Below, piece after piece: positions 42,601-56,255 of a DNA stretch of 64,000 nucleotides; the stretch's first letter is position 1; each line of letters starts with the position of its first letter. The DNA is taken from the NCBI GenBank assembly GCA_951406725.2, contig OX597830.1, forward strand, positions 68,820,001 to 68,884,000, read 5' to 3'. Source of the DNA: Octopus vulgaris (lineage: Eukaryota). A program made the translations under genes and the position numbers. Below the pieces are notes generated by a model. It was given only the letters and a program-made list of their open reading frames with translations, did not search any database and was not told where the DNA came from.

Positions 42601-43171
42601 ATACTATAACCATCTTGTTATTATATGCACACGTACATCCACACATTAACTATATATTAAAGCTTCATCCAAATAAAATTTTGTATTACTTTCTTTCTCT
42701 GAAGAATTTCTAATAGGAGAATTCTTACATATTCCTGTTCCCTGTTTATCTTAGCAACTCGTATTAGGAAATTAAACATGTGTAATTAGTAATAAATTAT
42801 ACAAAAAAATTTTTCCTGTGTACTGTGTGTCCCACGTTATCTCTCCAAGTATTGTGTTTTCCACATGTACCGTTAATATCTTACGCCTAATATTATCGAT
42901 AAAGTCGAAGTGAAAACCAAATATATAGTACGAGTGATTAACTGGAAAATATATGACCAAATGTAACAAGAGTTGTTTCATCAATGTCCAATGTGAAATT
43001 TGGCATAATTTCTACAGTTGGCTTCCTTTCCTAATCCTAACCACTTTACAGAGTGTACTGGGGACCTTTTTGCATGCCACCATCAATACTGAAGTTTCCA
43101 CGCAGCTGCTAAGAATATTGGTAGGTTTTAAGTTGGGGAATGAAGAGATACAGTAAGGAAAGAGTGGGTTG

Positions 43172-43249
43172 CAGAGAAGGATCTTCTCAGAGAAGGATCT
43201 TCTCAGAGAAGGATCTTCTCAGAGAAGGATCTTCTCAGAGAAGGTTCTT
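43172..43249. repeat. 16-bp minisatellite CAGAGAAGGATCTTCT, about 4.8 copies
   Basis: Visible directly; the repeat contains the hairpin GAGAAG-GAT-CTTCTC. Confidence 0.9.
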
Positions 43250-43594
43250 GTCGTGTTTTAGCTGTTTATCTTTAGAGGTTTGGGCGAGAATAATGAAGAG
43301 CTGAAAAGGTATAGATAATAATGCTCAGGTGTCTAGGTGGCGCTTCAACGTGAATAGAAGTGGGTAGGAACAAGGAAAGAGGTGTGTGGATTGGTGGGGT
43401 TGTAAAAAGGATTTGGTTAGCAAAAGATGGAGAAATGAGAAACGGAAAGGGAGGCAAGGACCAACTGTAAAGATTGGATAAAGGATGGGGTTGAACAAAT
43501 GAGCCAAGACCAAAGAGAAGTGCACTTTCAAAATAAGAAAGAGGGAGATCAACAGAATCGGGAACACATGAGTCAAACGCAAAGACAGCTGCAC

Positions 43595-43883
43595 TTCGTG
43601 AGGGGATTTGGTAGACGGAAACTGAAAGAAACCCGTTATGTATAAATATATGTGTGTGTGTGTGTGTGAATTTGTGTCTGTATTTGTGCCCCTCACTACC
43701 ATCGCTTGATAACCGATGTTGGTGTGTTTGCGTCCCTGTAACCTAGCTGTTTGGCAGAATAGTTTGCTAGAATAAGCACCAGGCTTACAAGAAATAAGTT
43801 CAGAAGTCGATTTCTTCGACTAAAGGGCGATATTCCAGCATCGTCACAGTCAAATAACTGAAACAAGTAAAAGAGTAAAAGAA
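43595..43883 (+). mobile_element. SINE family 1
   Basis: ggatttggtagacggaaactgaaagaa...actgaaacaagtaaaaga. Confidence 0.88.
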
Positions 43884-44033
43884 TAGCAGAAATAGGTTCC
43901 GTTCCACTAAACCAAGAAGGTTCTTTGAATATGTGCGATGCATTTTATGGCTAACTAGTAATACTGCTTCCGTATGCGTAACTGAGATATTTGGGTTGGA
44001 TTATATAGTTATTGCTTTGTTTTCAATTTATTC

Positions 44034-44255
44034 CAAGGCGGTTAGCTGACAGATTCGTTAACAGGCGGGACAAAATGCTTGGCGGTACTTCCCCCCGTCA
44101 CTACGTTCTGAGTTCAAATTCTGCCATGGTCGACTTTGTCGTTCATCCTTTCGGGGTCGATGCAATAAGTACCAGTTCCGTACATGCGTTGATGTAATCG
44201 TGTTATCGCGTCTCCCCAAATTTCAAGCCCTGTGCCCAGGGTAGCAAGGGTTATA
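44034..44255 (+). mobile_element. SINE family 2
   Basis: aaggcggttagctgacaga...ctgagttcaaattctgcc...cctttcggggtcgat. Confidence 0.85.
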
Positions 44256-44384
44256 TGCTTACTGATTTTACACCACTTTCTATATTCTGTAATTGTCACA
44301 ATACAGAAACATTTCTCATAGCACACGCACACAATTTACAGATGCTTACACTTATTTTCCGTGACATTTTAACGGGTCCAGTTA

Positions 44385-44458
44385 ATTATTATTATTATAT
44401 TTTATTATTATTATTGTTATTATTATTATTATTAATATATTTATTATTATTATTATTA

Positions 44459-44496
<38 letters not shown>

Positions 44497-45041
44497 GAGT
44501 GAGAGAGCAGTTCATGCCATCAAAGTGACACTGGGGTAAAATATACGAAGCCCAATATACCCATCATGACTACCCGTCTGATAAAGGTACATCAGGCACA
44601 TGCATCACAACCATATGTGCGCGACATGGTGATCTCATATCAAGATAAACAGCACATGACCTTGCAGGTGGGGCCCAGTTAGAATTTTCTTCAGGTTGAG
44701 TAGCCCATCCTGCTCAAAAGGTCCTTGAATAAGGGTTGCTTTAGGATGTTGAACGAAACACCTATGTTTCCAGAGGTGAACCATTCAAACTCCAAAGAAT
44801 CCCTCTCAACACATGGCCATGATGCTCCCCCACTACTTCTGCTCGTGATCAGAGATGCACGTATTGTCAGCCACTAAGGGACATGCTCAACTGGTTAAGG
44901 TCAAACAACTGACAAGCAAATCTGTGGTATTGAGCAGAATATTTGCTGTAGCCCATCTTTTATACCAAGACAAAACAATGTACATGATAACACTTCCAAT
45001 CAGTTAAGATCAGAAGCCATGAGAGCCACTGCCTGGTACTG

Positions 45042-45112
<71 letters not shown>

Positions 45113-46192
45113 TTTATTATTATTATTATTATTGATTGATTGATTGATTGATTGACTGAAAGAACAGCGCATGCAATCCAAATGACAGTGGAATGAAATA
45201 TATGAAGCCCAGTATAACCATCATGACTACCCTTTTGATAAGGGTACACCTAGCACATGCAACACAGCCACCCAGTTTAAGTAGATCACTCCGCTCAAGA
45301 GGTTCCTGAATAAGGCTTGTTTTAAGGATGATGAACGAAGCATCCATATCTCCAGACGTGAATTATTCAAAACCTGCAAGAATTTCTCTCAACACATGGC
45401 TATGATACTCCCCCACTACTTCTGCACAAATCGACAGCCACTAAAGGACATGCTCAACTGATTAAAGCAAACATCTGACAAGTAAATCTGTGATATTAAG
45501 CAGAATATTTGCTGTAGCACATCTTTTATACCAAAACAAATCAATGTAAATGATAGCATTTCCAATCAGTTAAGATCAGAAGACATGAGAGCCAGTGTCT
45601 GGTAATGCATCAGGGTATTTATTATTATTATTATTATTGAGTGAGAGAGCAGTTCATGCCATCAAAGTGACACTGGGGTAAAATATACGAAGCCCACTAT
45701 ACCCATCATGACTACCCGTCTGATAAAGGTACACCAGGCACATGCATCACAACCATATGTGCGCGACATGGTGATCTCATATCAAGATAAACAGCACATG
45801 ACCTTGCAGGTGGGGCCCAGTTAGAATTTTCTTCAGGTTGAGTAGCCCATCCCGCTCAAACGGTCCCTGAATAAGGGTTGTTTAAGGATGTTGAAAGAAC
45901 CACCCATGTTTCCAGAGGTGAACTATTCAAACCCCAAAGAATCCCTCTCAACACATGGCTATGATGCTCCCCCACTACTTCTGCTCGTGATCAGAGATGC
46001 ACATATCGTCAGCCACTAAGGGACATGCTCAACTGGTTAAGGTCAAACAACTGACAAGCAAATCTGTGGTATTGAGCAGAATATTTGCTGTAGCCCATCT
46101 TTTATACCAAGACAAAACAATGTACATGATAACACTTCCAATCAGTTAAGATCAGAAGCCATGAGAGCCACTGCCTGGTACTTCATCAGGGC

Positions 46193-46250
<58 letters not shown>

Positions 46251-46488
46251 TACTTGTAATGTGCATGTTTGTTACAATCACTAGCTGAGCCACACCTAGC
46301 GTCATAGGGCGAGTGAAGGATAAGAGATGTTACAGTATAACTGAAAGCTGGTGGATGTGAAGAATACTAAATAGAAACTTCAATCGATAAGGTTCTTCTT
46401 CTTCTTCTTCTTCTTCTTCTTCTTCTTCTTCTTCTTCTTCTTCTTCTTCTTCTTCTTCTTCTTCTTCTTCTCATTATTATTATTATTA

Positions 46489-46523
<35 letters not shown>

Positions 46524-47066
46524 GAGTGTGAGAGTAGTGCATCTTTCATAGTGAAACCGGAGCAAAATATAGGAAGCTCAGTATACCCATCATGACTAAC
46601 CTTCTAATGAGGTTACACCAAGCACATACATCACAAACATATGTACGCAGCATGGTGACGTCATATCAAGATAAATACCACTTAACCATGCGGGTGGAAT
46701 TTTCTTCAGGTCGAGTAGCGCACCTCGCTCAAAAGGTTCCTGAATAAGGTTTATTTTAAGGATGATGAACGAAGTACTCGTGTCTCTAGAGGTGAATTAA
46801 TTAAACCCCAAAGAATTCCTCTCAACACATAACTATGATGGTCCCCACTACTGCTACCCGTGATCAGAGATGCAAATATTGTCAGCCATTAAGAGACATG
46901 CTCAATTGGTTAAGGTCAAACAACTGACAAGCAAATCTGTGATATAGAGCAGAAAATTTGCTGTTGCCCATCCTTTATACCAAAAACAAATCAATGTATA
47001 TGATAACACTTCCAATCAGATAAGATGAGAAGCCACGAGGGACAGTTTCTGGTACGGCATCAGGGC

Positions 47067-47145
<79 letters not shown>

Positions 47146-47275
47146 GAGTGAGAGGGCAGTGCACGCCATCAAAGTGACACTGGGGTAAAATATACGATGC
47201 CCAGTATACCAATCGTGACTACTCGCTTGATAAGGGTACACCAGGCACATGCATCACAAGCATAAGTGCGCGACA
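44385..47275 (-). repeat. Five same-orientation copies of a ~550-bp non-coding element separated by (ATT)n tracts
   Basis: Units ~44497-45043, ~45157-45616, ~45639-46193, ~46524-47068 and truncated ~47146-47275 share the gagtgagagagcag..gccatcaaagtgacactgggg end. Strand is inferred. Confidence 0.92.
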
Positions 47276-47279
47276 AAAA

Positions 47280-49925
47280 TTAGACATTTGAACATGTCCA
47301 AAGTTAATTCCTTTAATTTGAATTTTTCACAATCTGTTAACAATCCCAGCATATACTTAAAAAACTTAGATGTGTTTCGACCAATGATTGGTCCAGGCCA
47401 TGTCTAACTTAATAGCACCACCTGATAGGATTATTTGAATCCTGTTTAAGTCAAGTTTTGCTTATGGTCCATTCAAGTAGTGAGTTTTTGTTGGGTGAGT
47501 TGTATCCAATTATGGGTGGCTTATCTGGTATTCCTTGAAGGAATCTATCCAGACTCCGTTTAAAGTTGGTGGGATCCTGTTCCTCTTTGATCTCTTTCGG
47601 GACAATGTTAAATAGGGCAGGGCCTGTTGAGGAAAAGAAATTATGTTGTAGTGTATATGTATGCTGTGATCTTGAATTGGGCAGGGGACGTATGGCCCGT
47701 GGTCCCAGTCTTGGATGAACCTTGAAGCTTATGTTCAGGTCGTTTGGGCAAAGTTAGCGGTATATTCTCCACATCGTACAAATGATGCACCGCTCACGGC
47801 GACGCTGGAGAGAGTAGAGTTTCAAGGCTTTAAGGCGATCCCAATAATCGAGAGCAGCCATGCCTTCAATTCGTTTAGTGAGTGCTCTCTGGGGTGATTC
47901 AATACTCGAGATGTTTTGTCTTGTATGGGGAAACCACAGTGGACAGCAGTATTCGAGGTGTGGCCGTACAAAGGAGGAGAAAAGTGGTATGATGATACCT
48001 TGTTCTCTGGACCGGAAAGTTCTTAAGATCCAGGAACTCATCCTACGAGCTATATCGACCTTCTTGTTGATGTGTGCACTCCAACTGAGATCGTCATCAA
48101 CAATTACACCTAGGTCTCTGATGTTGTTAGAGGCTGTGAGCGGTTCCCCTGAAGGAAGAGAGTATGGCTGTTTTAGTGAGGAATTTCTTCCAAAATGCAT
48201 CAGCTCAAATTTTCCCTCTTTCAGTTGCATTATGTTTCTGTCTGCCCATTGACTCACAGCATATAGATCAGACTGGAGTTGAGTTTGGTCTGCTTCTTCA
48301 TTGACGATATGCTGGAGCTTGGTGTCATCAGCAAATATTTTCACTTTGCAGTAATGTACGACACTGGAAAGGTTGTTTATGTAGATTATGAAGAGTAGCG
48401 AAATCAAGACAGTCCTCTGGGGGACACCGTTGGCGACTTTTGCTGGGCTTGAGTGGACTCCATCAACTACAACATGTTGTGTTCTATTCGCCAGGAAATA
48501 CTTGATCCAGTGTAGAACTTTTCCACGGATTCCAACATTTGCCAATTTTGAGAGTAGGATATTATGGTAAACCCCTGTCGAACGCTTTACTGAAGTCAAT
48601 ATATATGACATCAGAGTTCGAACCTGTTCCCAAGGCTTTGAATACATCTTCAATGTGGTGTAAGAGCTGTGTTAGACAGTCCCTGCCACAGCGAAAGCCA
48701 TGCTGATTTGCATTTAGGAGTTTCTGGGTCTCCAGGAAGTCAGCCATCCTTGATCTTAACACTCTTTCAAACACTTTGATGATGTGGGAGGTGAGTGAGA
48801 TTGGGCGATAGTTGAGTGCGAGGGATCTGTTTCCCTGTTTGAAAACCGGGATGACTGACTGGGATAGAAACTGTTTCGGTATATAACCTGCATCTAACGA
48901 ATTTCTCCAGAGGTTGGTCAGAGGGACTGCAAGTTGGTGTCTACATTCCTTCAGGAGACTAGCGGGGAATCTATCAGGGCCTACAGCAGAGTAGTATTTG
49001 ACCTCATTTATTGCTGCTATGATGTCAGTGGCAGTGAAGGTTATGTCCGAGATTTTATGTTGAGAGTCAACTTCGTTCACTTCTCTAACGTCAATATCAG
49101 TGGGAACACTAAAGACAGAGCAGTATTGTTTCTGCAGTATTTCTGCCATTTCTTTAGCATCGTGTTGGGGGATGCCGTTATCATCAATCAATGGCCCAAT
49201 GGGTGAGACAGTGGTTCTATGCTTATTTGCATAGGAATAGAACACTTTTGGGTTCTGTTTGATGTTTTTGATTACCCACTGTTCCTCCGAAGCTCTTTGA
49301 TTTTCAATGGAGGTTTTCATGTCGTTCTGCAGATGAAGTTTTTCCAGCTCCAGCCTTTTCATTGTTGTTGAATGTGGATGTTGTATGTGGGAATATTTTA
49401 ATTGGTTGATTTTCTTGTTGAGTCTTTTGATGCGCCTGATGAGTGTTTTTTTTCTTTTTAGGGAGGCGATTTCTGTTTGTGTTAGTAGATTTCGTGGGAG
49501 CGTGTTTAGAGCATGTATATGTGACAATGTTTTCAAAGTGCTGCCATGCGGTCTCAATATGGGTGGAATTGAGAGTAAAAGACCAGTCGATGAAAGACAG
49601 ATCCTTTCTGATTGCTCCTCAGTCCGCTTTGTGGAAGTTTATATTATCAAATGAGTGCCATGGAGTGGGATTGGCTGGTTTGGTTTTTATATGTCGGGAA
49701 TTGAAATTGCAGAGTACCATGTCGTGGTCTGAGAGGAGAGTTTTTTCAACTGAAATACTGTGAACGAAGCTAGAGTGATTGGTCAATACCAGATCCAAAA
49801 TCGTTTTATTATGTCTCGTTGGTTCGAGCACTAGCTGAGTCAGGAAGTATTCATCCATTAGATTAAAGAGCAGTTCTGCTGCTGCTCTATCTGATGTAGA
49901 GCACTTGCCTAACTTCAGAGTATAG
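47280..49925 (-). mobile_element. CR1-clade LINE, 5'-truncated, frameshifted ORF2
   Basis: PTR..ILDLVLTN..SDH (endonuclease end), NYRPISLTS, QHGFR, YIDFSKAFD, FADDTKL and VRPHLEYC across ORFs 49619-49858, 48562-49557 and 47754-48653. Confidence 0.93.
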
Positions 49926-49949
49926 GTGACGAAGGCTTCATTTTTTTTT

Positions 49950-50690
49950 TTTTATCAAATTTAAACACTGCCAGCGAGTATTGAACAGGGAACTTGTTTC
50001 ACTGATAAGTTTCGATAAATAATTGTTTCATCGAAACAAATCTCACTTGGTTTCTTGGGCATTATATAGTTACTATAATTTTCATGTTTGGCAGGCAATA
50101 ACTTTCTTAAAAGTAGTCGTACTTTTTTCTTGTCAGAACAACTTTTACATTCTTCTTTGAAACTTTCTACGTATCTTCAAAAACATGCAGAGAACGTAGT
50201 TCCTTTTTTCTGGATTATAACTGAACTCTCCAATGGCGTTTGCTACACTGTCTGGCGAGTATAAACCTGAAGTATTTTCAGACTGCTTCCATATTAACTC
50301 CAGCAAATGCTGGTTTTGTTGTTGCTGTTGTAATCGCTGTTGCAGCTGTTGTTGCTGGTGCAACTGCACCACCCAGGTCAATAAGTCCTCCATATTAACG
50401 ATTTTTTTCTCTGGTTCCATACCGAAACATTTTAACCCAAGCTTCGAATATCTCGTCACCACTTTTAAATCCTGGTGCTGGATAAAGAAAATTTAACGAA
50501 TTTGTGTAGAGGGGAGAAAGTATTTACGCGACACACTGCTATTACTGCTGCAGGAGGCTAATTCCCCTCTATAAACTGCTCACAGTCAATTGCTGCTGTC
50601 AACTCGACAGTTGTTGATTTTAAAGAAATGTGTCAGTGCACTTTTAGTCACTTGAGGTGGTCAGAATCCTTCCATATCACTTATATTCCC
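49950..50690 (-). mobile_element. Gypsy-type LTR retrotransposon 5' fragment (LTR remnant, PBS, gag start)
   Basis: PBS-like TGGTGACGAG on the minus strand at ~50452-50461, followed by a Q-rich gag-like segment ..SVANAIGEFSYNPE. Confidence 0.6.
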
Positions 50691-50791
50691 CATTCTCAGT
50701 TAAAAGATAAAGAGTGAATCATTCGATTCTAGACTCATCATGACAAATTCACTTTACTAATCTGGAATTTTCTCATTTATTCAATTTGCAG

Positions 50792-50837
50792 ACTCTCAAA
50801 CAAACCTGCCGTAGATGGTTTTACCAACAAAAGTAAA
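50792..50837 (+). CDS. Micro-exon B3 (46 nt, phase 2->0); LSNKPAVDGFTNKSK
   Basis: ttactaat...caatttgcAG acceptor, donor GTAAGT. Flanks ~50695-51190 align with the B1 flanks ~28815-29312. Confidence 0.75.
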
Positions 50838-52019
50838 GTAAGTCTTTTTAAATTTTAAAATACTTTTCTTTTGTTTTATTTGCCTGGACTGTGATGAATG
50901 GTTTGTTGAAATTTTCATCAATGGATATGTATAAAAAGAATACTGAATATCATTTTTATGAATATTTTTATATATTTTCTCACATTGGTGCAATCTTTTA
51001 TACTGGGGGGCCAAACTATTATTCTTCATTCTGGTAGAGCCAGCTACTATTTTTCCAATAAGTAGAGTTGTCTACTTTATCTCTTACTGGTAGTTCCAGA
51101 AACTATATTCCATATATTTAGAGACGCCTTCTATTTTTTTGTATTATTATGGCCAGTGTAGTAGTCTTCATTTTAGTACGGCGGGACACTAGAAAAGTCA
51201 TCATGTAGCTCGAACGACTATGCATCCTGAGGTAGGATAATTTTATGCAGAATTAGGAGTAGAAAGCAGTAAAGTATGAGCGAAAAAGGTTTGAGCAGAA
51301 CAAGTTCGTTGTTACACAGGAGAGAGATGAACGAGTGGAGAAGGAAAATGATGGACGATAGGGGTTACGAGGTGCCAAAAAGGACATTGAAGCTAAAAGA
51401 TTGGTAGAAATGCGTGGGGAGCAGGAGATATCTTATAATACAGAAGAACAGGAAAAACAAAGATGGCACAGTAAAAGAGACAAGAGAGATGACATGCTGT
51501 TGAGTAGGCTGAGGAATGAGCGGCGAAGAGAAAGGAGAGGGTGACAGGTATAGTGGTGGCGGCGGCGGCGAGATAATTTGATGGCATAGTGGGGTGGGTG
51601 GGAGTGATGAATGAAAGTGTGGGTGGAAAGAACAATATTAAATGATGAAGGATGGATAAATAGTGAATTTATTCTGGATAGAAAGAAAAGTGATATCAAG
51701 TAAGAACTGGTGTTAGGGAGTTGATGGAGATGGTGGGTGCCTTGAAAAGAATTGAAATTGGGTGAAAGGCCGAGTTAAACATAAATATACATACACAACT
51801 TTACAAGAGCACCGTTCCACTGAGGTGGTATGTCTTTTAGAGAACTACACATCACCAGTCATACTGGTTCTCTATAATTTCTTCCATGTGGTCCAAGCTC
51901 TTAATCACCTCTCTGAAGTTCAAGATCCTGAGATAAGCCTAACACATACACACAAACATACACACACACACGCACACACACACACGAGAGAGCTATTAAC
52001 ACTGGTCGACATCTTTTGA

Positions 52020-53960
52020 AAAGTCGTGTGCTTCTTAAGTGAGATTAGTTAATTCTTATGTATTTTCATGTCCTGAATCCAAATATCACCTTGAAAAATG
52101 CTTATTAGCTATAGGTTGAAAGACACATGACATATAATATTTGATTATTTTATTATAACGTACAGTTTTTGTCATTATGTTTAATGCTCTAGTCCGTATC
52201 TACTCCCTGCCTTTTTGCTTGACGCTTATGGAGGGCTGAAGAATAATGTCCAGCAAGCATCGTTTTCCTCCATTTGCACTGGTACCGCTGTTTCCATAGT
52301 TGAAATATCTTGGTAAAACCGTCAACGATGTTCGTCACTAACTGCCCCACAGCCCGCTAGAAAAACGTCCAAATGTGTCTCCAAACGCGGATTTAACATG
52401 ACATGTTACATCTCATATTCTTGTAAGCCTTGGCGAGGTTTTCCATTAGTTCTTTAAGAAGCTCTCAGCACTGAGGACCAATGAAGACTCCCTCTTTTAT
52501 CATAGCATTGCTCAGTGAGGGTGGGAATTCTGATGTTAAATACTTGAATCCTTGACCAGATTTGTCCATAGCTTTTACAAATTTTTTCATGAGCCCCACT
52601 TTTATGTGTAGTGATGGGAGAAAAATTTTGCTTGGCTCAGTGAGAGGTGGAAGCTGAACATTTTTCATCCCAAGTTTCAACGTTTGACGAGGTGACCAGT
52701 CTCTCCTGATACAGTGCGAACCTCTTGCGCAGCTATCCCATTCACACAGAAAGTAACAGAACTTGGTGTATCCGTCCTGAGAGCCCATCACAAAAGCAAC
52801 AACCTTTAAGTCATCACAGAGCTGCCATTGATGTTCACTATATTTTATGCATTGCAGCATAAGCTTTATATTCTCTTATGTTTTTTTTTTTCATATATGA
52901 TTCATAGCCCACATGAACTGAAGGTTCACTATTGCTATTATGCAACAAGAGAGCTTTCAGGCAAATTTTTCATGAATCTATGAACAGCCTCCAGTGACTG
53001 GGTTCGTATTTAATATCAAGTGCTTCCATCAGACCATTAATATTTTTGCAGGCCAATAAATCACCTTCCATTATGAAAAAATTGCTGAACTGTTGCTGAC
53101 GGTCATGAAATTTTGAAAGTTTACATCAGCTATTCGGAGATTTCACTGTTGAAGACGAGAGCCTAGCAGCTCTGCCCTATTCTCAGGTAGTCATAGATCC
53201 TTGTCAAGGCCATGGAAATCCCGTTGTGATCTAGAGGAGTGTGTTTCATCAAAATTTTGGTCATTCTGCAATCCAGCACTGTTATCCCCTTCTGCTTCCT
53301 CTTCACCCCCTTCTTCATCTGACTCGAAGAATATGGAAGTTGGTGCATCAGGAACAGATAGACATTTTCCACGTGGAACCTGGCGCATACCTAATGGAAT
53401 ATTTCGATATTCATGGGACTCTTTTTTGAAAAGCCCTTTTTCACTGGAAGTACCATGCAGAAATAACAATTGCCTGTATTGTCTGTTGGCTCCCGCCACG
53501 TAATTCGTACAATAAAAGATATTCCTTTCCTTTTCCTGTTCAACCATTGGTGAAGGCTAGTAGCACAAGTGTTGCAACACATGTGAGGAGCCCACTTCTT
53601 ATCCTGGTCGCCAATCTTGCATCCAAAACATAGGTGATATACCTTTCTAACCAGAGCAGTAATACGGCGCTTCTGCGATGCAAAGGTCACCTCACCACAA
53701 ATGTTGCAGAAGTTGTCTGCCTTATTCACACAAGTGCGAGGCATTTTAAAGAAGACGACAAACAATAAGCAGCTAAACAGAAAATTCGTTCATAAGTTTA
53801 TCATTAGCAGAAGTGTTTATATCATTCAGTAGAAAAATAAAATTAATATAAAATGCTTCATATGCATATCAACAGCTTGCTCAATGAATATTTATTATAA
53901 GTTTAAAAAGTGTTTGACTAGGAAAATCATTTACCTTTTACTTCAGTATTTAAACTTGCA
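52020..53960 (-). mobile_element. Chapaev3-like (CMC) DNA transposon with disrupted transposase
   Basis: MPRTCVNKADNFCNICGE..FGCKIGDQDKKWAPHMCC..WREPT..CYFC, then DLKVV..GYTKFCYFLCEWDS and LPSLHIKVGLMKKFVKAM. Family assignment is from motif recall; ends are approximate. Confidence 0.7.
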
Positions 53961-54619
53961 CAGCACAACCACATCCTACGACTTCTCTAACAATCCTGAA
54001 GGGCAGTGCAACTGTGAGTGCGATAAGCAACTGTGAGTGCGATAAGAAACATACTACTGCGTGCTTTTGGAAATTTGTTTTTAATAGGATACCAACGTTG
54101 GCGGCGGAATTTATCTTGAAGGTTTCACCAATGAATAGATCTTTCAATTGATGGAGGCTACAAAAATATTAAATATATTAAACAACAAGATCATTTATCT
54201 TTAGCATCTGTTCTTTCCTTCCTTTCATTTTAGTCTCTATTTTTTAAATATGCATTAGGTGTATTGTATAACTTTCTCAGCCTGACAGATGTTTAAATTG
54301 GTGAAATAAAATTCTCTTATCATCTTGTGGCTCTGTTTCTATCCGGAAGATTTGATTCATTCCAATCCCATGTCAAAACCAGTGTACCATGCTAAAAACT
54401 ATAAATCAGTAAAAAACAAATTCATGTGTACTTGTGTTAATATGGATTGGATTATCTCTTCCAGATAATTGTAGTTATACTTATTTATTATAGTATTTCT
54501 GTTCAGTTATGTCATCTCTGTATAATTTGTTATAGAATTTGAAACTCTGTGTTATTAATGCCAGATGCTGAAATCTCATCATTCCTGCAAACATTCATAT
54601 TATTTTCTTTTATTTTCAG

Positions 54620-54660
54620 AAATCTGATAAGAAATGGATAGAGGAAAACATTAAACTAAG
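54620..54660 (+). CDS. Micro-exon A4 (41 nt, phase 0->2); KSDKKWIEENIKL(R)
   Basis: Strong acceptor ttttcttttattttcAG and donor AG/GTAATT. Length 3n+2 and open. Flank homology to A1-A3 is weak. Confidence 0.62.
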
Positions 54661-56213
54661 GTAATTCAAGAAATATGCCCCTAAATTTTACAATGTATAA
54701 GTACACATATATTAGGATTTCAGTTATGGTAATGTAAATTGAAACATTTTTATCAGTTGAGATTTTTCCAGTAATTAGTATACAAAAACATCGCTTAGAG
54801 ATGTGGACATCCAAAAGCAATGGGCGGGAGAGGTAACTAAAAGAATCTCTTAATTGTTGATTTCCATATAAGTCATTTTTTCTTATGTGAAATTTGACTG
54901 GCGACTGTTGGTGCTGCCACCTACAGTTGCTTTCGGAATAAGAGAAGATGAGAAAGAAAGTTTACTAAGAAATAGGGAGAGAGTAAGGTTTTCTATTTTC
55001 TTTACTTTTAACAGTGGATTAGAGATGCAGAAGGCGAGAGACAGTGATAGAATGAGGGAAAGTTTCTTACATGTTTAGGATTTCATTCCAGTAGTTTTTC
55101 AAAGATATTGTTTTATTTCTCTTGTTAATTTTCCCCCTCCAGTGCTTATTCGCCTTGTTAGATTGTTCTTCATACAGACTTGACTACCATTTCCTTTACA
55201 AACTACATGCACACCGCTCTGTGTTTCTCTCGGGTGCAAACGTGGGATCTCTTGTCGTATTTCCACGCTGCTTATCACGTGAGGATGACTTAGAATTAAT
55301 TTCCAATATGTTTCATCTCGCCATGGTACCTTTCCTTTTGTCTTGTGTGTAGCATTCATCGTTCGAATCACACGTGGGAAATGTGACAGGTAACTGTTGT
55401 TGCTGCTACCTACAGATGATTTTGAGTAAGAGAGAGAGAGAGAGAGAAAGTAAGTGAGTTACCTAGAAATAGAAGGGAGGGTGAGGTTTTCCTTTAAAGA
55501 GAAAGAACCACGCAGGGCTTATATTTTTTATTATTACAAGATTTTTTCTTACGAGGGAGAGAACATAAAATAATATTTCTATATAATTCAATTTTCCACC
55601 TCATTTTTAAGTGTCCTAGTAGCTGGAAATAACGTTATTTCGCTTTTCTTTGAGCATCCCAATACATCATAACTTAGTATCATGAGGCCAGTTGGACTAT
55701 GTTCATTTTAAAACATTTAGGAATTATATACAGTCGATTTTCTTATTTCCGTTTTCTTTCTTTTTTTTCTTAAACGCTTAGCACTTAAGAAAAGAAGTGA
55801 AGAGATAGAAGCAGAGAAATAAAATCTCTGGGGTTTTCTCATAATAATTTGGGAATATATTAAATTGTTACATTTCCAAATCCTACTCCCTTAGATCACC
55901 GGTATTATTTATGAAAAGCATAAAAATGGAGATCAACAGAAGACTAAAAAAAGTTAAATTTAATTGGTGTTTGATATAACAGTATATCATTTCTGTTCAA
56001 TCATTACTCTTAATACAGCAAAGGCATAAATAATTTTAACAATCACACACATGTTTATGAGTGAAAGAGGTTAGGTTTTGTGATGCCGATTTGTTTCTCT
56101 TTTATATAAAGAACAAATTAAAGTGAATTAAGCAAAAGTTAAAACTGGTTTGTGAACTCAGTGGGAAATCCACAGCATCTGCTAATAATGATCCTAATTA
56201 TATTTATGGAGAG

Positions 56214-56255
<42 letters not shown>

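Noticed and set aside
44385-47275. Repeat-spacer array superficially like CRISPR
   Set aside because: The units are ~550 bp, the spacers are microsatellites, the context is eukaryotic and there are no cas genes.
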